Shown in pieces: positions 62,602 through 64,000 of a stretch of 64,000 nucleotides of DNA (the stretch's first letter is position 1; each line of letters starts with the position of its first letter). The notes beneath the pieces were generated by a model. That model saw only the letters and a list, made by a program, of their open reading frames with translations. It had not been told where the DNA came from and searched no databases. The translations under genes and the position numbers were made by a program. Origin of the DNA: Pseudomonadota bacterium (GTDB lineage Bacteria; Myxococcota; JACRCW01; JAFGSX01); assembly GCA_043821645.1 (NCBI GenBank), contig JBDRCO010000003.1:192001-256000 (forward strand), in the 5' to 3' direction.

Positions 62602-64000
62602 ATGCGCGCCATGCTGTCTGGTGCCCCACTCCTTGCGCTGTCCCTGCTGGTGGCACTGGAACCTGTGCTCGTCGACACCGCCGACCTGTATGGCCACCGC
62701 CTGCTCCTGGGCCGCGACGGCAGCCCGCGCGTTGCCCTGGGCGTGGATAGCGGGCGCGACAGTGTGACCCTGGAGTCTGGCGCGGGTCTGCGGCTGACGG
62801 GACGCAGAGCAGCAGGTCAAGAAGCGGTGAGCGTGGACCTTCCGCCCCGGGCACGTTTTCTCCGCACCGGTGGTCGGGAGGCGAGGCAACGCTATGCCGT
62901 GGCTGTGGCCGCCCTCGAGGGTGCCGAGCGCTCGCAGCGCCACGACGAGGTCGCTCGCTGGCGGGCCCGGGGAGAGCGCGCCAGCGCGCGCGATGTGGGG
63001 CTGGTGTTTGGCCTGTCGGGAGTGCTCATCGACAATCGCGCCACTCTGGTGCTGGTACGCAACGGCGCCTCGCGCCACCAGGCCGAGCAGGCCGCCCGGG
63101 AACTTCACGATCGAGACGGCGTGGCCACCAGCGTGGTTCCCCTGGTGCAGACCTTGCCGGAGCTGCAGCTCGAGGTGCGCGCCGGCGAGAGTACCCTGCG
63201 CTTCATCGGCACAATCAACGTGGTGGCCCGGGATGGCGGAGAGATTTCTGTCGACGGCATCTCCGAGGGCCCGAAGAAGAAGATCGGATCGCGGACCTAC
63301 CCCGGGGCCATCGCCCTGGCTCCCGATGCCAGTGGGCGGATCGCGGTGGTCAACCTGACCGCTGTCGACGAAATCCTCAAGGGGGTGGTGCCATCGGAGA
63401 TGTTCGGCAGCGCGCCTCTCGAGGCACTCAAGGCCCAGGCCGTGACCGCGCGTGGGGCTGTGTTTGCCAAGCTGGGCCGACGTCACTTCGCGGATCCCTA
63501 CGTGCTGTGCAACACCGAGCACTGCCAGGTCTACGGTGGATCCCGGGCACACCACCCTGCCGCCAGCCGCGCCGTCGACGAGACCCGGGGTGAACTCATG
63601 TTTCTGGCCGGCCAGCTGGTGGACTCGGTGTACTCCTCGACCTGCGGCGGTCACACCGAGGATGCCGAGGTGGCCTGGGACATGCCCCCCAAGGGCGCCT
63701 TGCGTGGCCGTCGCGACGGTCCGAGTGCCGCCGATGACCTGGCCCGGCGGGTGGCGCCCTTCGAGGACGGAGTGGGCGATGCCAGCCTCGACGGCGAGGC
63801 CACGGATCTGTCCAACGAGCAACACTTGCGCCAGTTCCTGGCTGAGCCGCCCACTTCGTATTGTGCGAGGTCCACCAGGGTGCGAGCGGACAAGCTGCGC
63901 TGGACGCGCCGCATCGCCAGCGACGAGATGGACCGTCTGCTGTTCAAGTACGGGGTCGGTCACGTCCAGGCCATCGAGGTCCAGGGCCGTGGGGTGTCAG
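62602..64000 (+). CDS. SpoIID/LytB domain protein (partial, runs off the window; absent from the ORF track)
   Basis: Translated by hand: MRAMLSG signal...R.YPG.I....VVN...DEILKGVVPSEM...PLEALKAQAVTAR...LCNTEHCQVYGG...AVDETRG...YSSTCGGHTE. Confidence 0.9.
   Translation, partial: MRAMLSGAPLLALSLLVALEPVLVDTADLYGHRLLLGRDGSPRVALGVDSGRDSVTLESGAGLRLTGRRAAGQEAVSVDLPPRARFLRTGGREARQRYAVAVAALEGAERSQRHDEVARWRARGERASARDVGLVFGLSGVLIDNRATLVLVRNGASRHQAEQAARELHDRDGVATSVVPLVQTLPELQLEVRAGESTLRFIGTINVVARDGGEISVDGISEGPKKKIGSRTYPGAIALAPDASGRIAVVNLTAVDEILKGVVPSEMFGSAPLEALKAQAVTARGAVFAKLGRRHFADPYVLCNTEHCQVYGGSRAHHPAASRAVDETRGELMFLAGQLVDSVYSSTCGGHTEDAEVAWDMPPKGALRGRRDGPSAADDLARRVAPFEDGVGDASLDGEATDLSNEQHLRQFLAEPPTSYCARSTRVRADKLRWTRRIASDEMDRLLFKYGVGHVQAIEVQGRGVS

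Noticed and set aside
62521..63963. N-terminal ~480 aa of the 1030-aa TolC ORF
   Set aside because: It is the antisense shadow of the SpoIID gene; the real TolC signal peptide starts at 62520. The same applies to the extension of the M23 ORF to 50804.

Overview
High-GC bacterial chromosomal segment. Gene content and style (GCxx/CDC lipoproteins, 'DAG' linkers, a specialised dnaK, and the order dnaG-rpoD-tRNA-zinc-ribbon) point to Myxococcota or a related deltaproteobacterium; this taxonomy is an inference. Housekeeping blocks: era-der-yihY-holA-rlmI, rne, ricT-metG-tatD, and prmC-dnaG-rpoD-tRNA-Ile2-zinc ribbon. The main accessory feature is a family of large Cys-rich surface lipoproteins (13.7-29.2 kb, plus members at 45-49 and 50-54 kb). 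They are built as lipid anchor + Ig-like stalk of variable length + interchangeable tip. The tip is either a MIDAS-type VWA domain or a beta-helix/poly-Gly domain, and two of the three poly-Gly copies carry an extra inserted domain. Also present: a split, eukaryote-like LKR + SDH (AASS-type) saccharopine gene pair; a TatD-radical SAM fusion; a J-protein/DnaK/acidic-TPR module whose two flanking genes share a domain; a ~180-bp CTAG-flanked MITE-like element at the metG stop codon; and an uncalled 51-aa ORF with its own promoter and RBS. No CRISPR array, rRNA, transposase or prophage genes were seen. All calls come from motif recognition by eye; no database searches were run.
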